Under the pieces are notes generated by a model, which saw nothing but the letters and a program-made list of their open reading frames with translations, made no database searches and was not told the DNA's origin. From the NCBI GenBank assembly GCA_016181465.1, contig JACOZG010000021.1:1-53257 (forward strand): 53,257 nucleotides of DNA, given 5' to 3'. Every line of letters begins with the position of its first letter. Position 1 is the stretch's first letter. The position numbers and the translations under genes were made by a program. The DNA comes from Candidatus Vogelbacteria bacterium (GTDB taxonomy: Bacteria > Patescibacteriota > Minisyncoccia > Phycocordibacterales > JACOZG01). Positions 52,942-53,257 of the stretch are shown here, piece by piece.

Positions 52942-53257
52942 ATGAAAAAAGATTTTTTGGCGCTGAAAGTCATCGGCCTGGGTTCTCCCCACTGCGCCAT
53001 GATTGTGGAAAAGGCAATAAAGACCCTGCCGGGAATTGAAAAAGTGGAGATTGATTACAGCAACAGTCGGACCAGGGTGGTTTTTGATTCGGGAAAAGTC
53101 AGCGAGCGGGAAATTGAAAAAGTCATTGACGACGCCGGCTACGAAGCGATCCGGGAGACCTCCGAAGCCGGAAACCTTCTGGAGCGGGAAAAACAGGAAA
53201 GAGAAAATGAATTGTCGGTCTTGAAAAAACAAATACTGGTTGGCGCGATTCTCTCGG
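52942..53257 (+). CDS. copA: Heavy-metal P-type ATPase, N-terminal HMA domain (partial; runs off the window)
   Basis: My own translation from ATG 52942 is MKKDFLALKVIGLGSPHCAMIVEKAIKTLPGIEKVEIDYSNSRTRVVFD..IEKVIDDAGYEA, which is the HMA ferredoxin-fold pattern. The frame is open to the window end. The metal motif reads SPHC instead of CxxC. Confidence 0.65.
   Translation, partial: MKKDFLALKVIGLGSPHCAMIVEKAIKTLPGIEKVEIDYSNSRTRVVFDSGKVSEREIEKVIDDAGYEAIRETSEAGNLLEREKQERENELSVLKKQILVGAILS

Overview
This is a 53.3-kb chromosomal window using the standard genetic code: many genes stop at TGA and an RF2 gene is present. All calls come from reading motifs by eye. No database or folding searches were run, so family names are motif-level assignments.

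Composition is mixed. GC-rich housekeeping genes alternate with visibly AT-richer accessory islets. The gene style fits a small-genome uncultivated bacterium of the CPR/Patescibacteria type, but that placement is inference. The supporting traits are tightly packed and overlapping genes, a type IV pilus (T4P) locus next to comF, and many secreted repeat proteins.

Core content:
- Housekeeping genes: pyrG, ftsE, ftsX, prfB, lepB, gatC-gatA, ligA, recG, smpB, ftsH and cysK.
- RNA genes: tmRNA and nine tRNAs, namely Gln-CUG, Thr-CGU, Thr-GGU, initiator Met, a second CAU tRNA, Asp, Ser-GCU and an unusual Ile-UAU.
- A complete minus-strand T4P locus: pilM-N-O, a small accessory gene, pilB, a CheY-like receiver, pilT, pilC, pilA, pilD, four pseudopilin-type genes and a large putative tip protein.
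- A Cys-motif-rich thiol/metal cluster ending in csoR, a TRASH-type peptide, a DUF2892 protein and a partial copA.

Most interesting observations:
1. A REP-associated tyrosine transposase (RAYT, IS200-like Y1/HUH) is flanked by inverted REP-like hairpins and sits inside the pilus operon. Related AAGG-N5-CCTT inverted doublets (REPIN-like) lie in-frame inside gatA, gatC and ligA.
2. An exact 20-nt duplication of the tmRNA 3' end, plus shorter att-like copies, delimits a chain of small self-contained cassettes. These carry a GIY-YIG nuclease and a decayed copy of it, a membrane-plus-helical gene pair, a 176-aa gene with a long leader, a NYN protein, an orphan membrane-anchored Hint/BIL protein and a PRTase. 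No integrase is visible.
3. A genomically encoded tRNA-Ile(UAU).
4. A large surface protein gene is split at an A7 tract and has a G8 tract upstream.
5. Long AT-rich hairpin repeats punctuate the pil operon, and a partial copy encodes a signal peptide elsewhere.
6. A heptanucleotide tandem array lies inside a CDS.

No CRISPR array, rRNA gene or integrase was seen.
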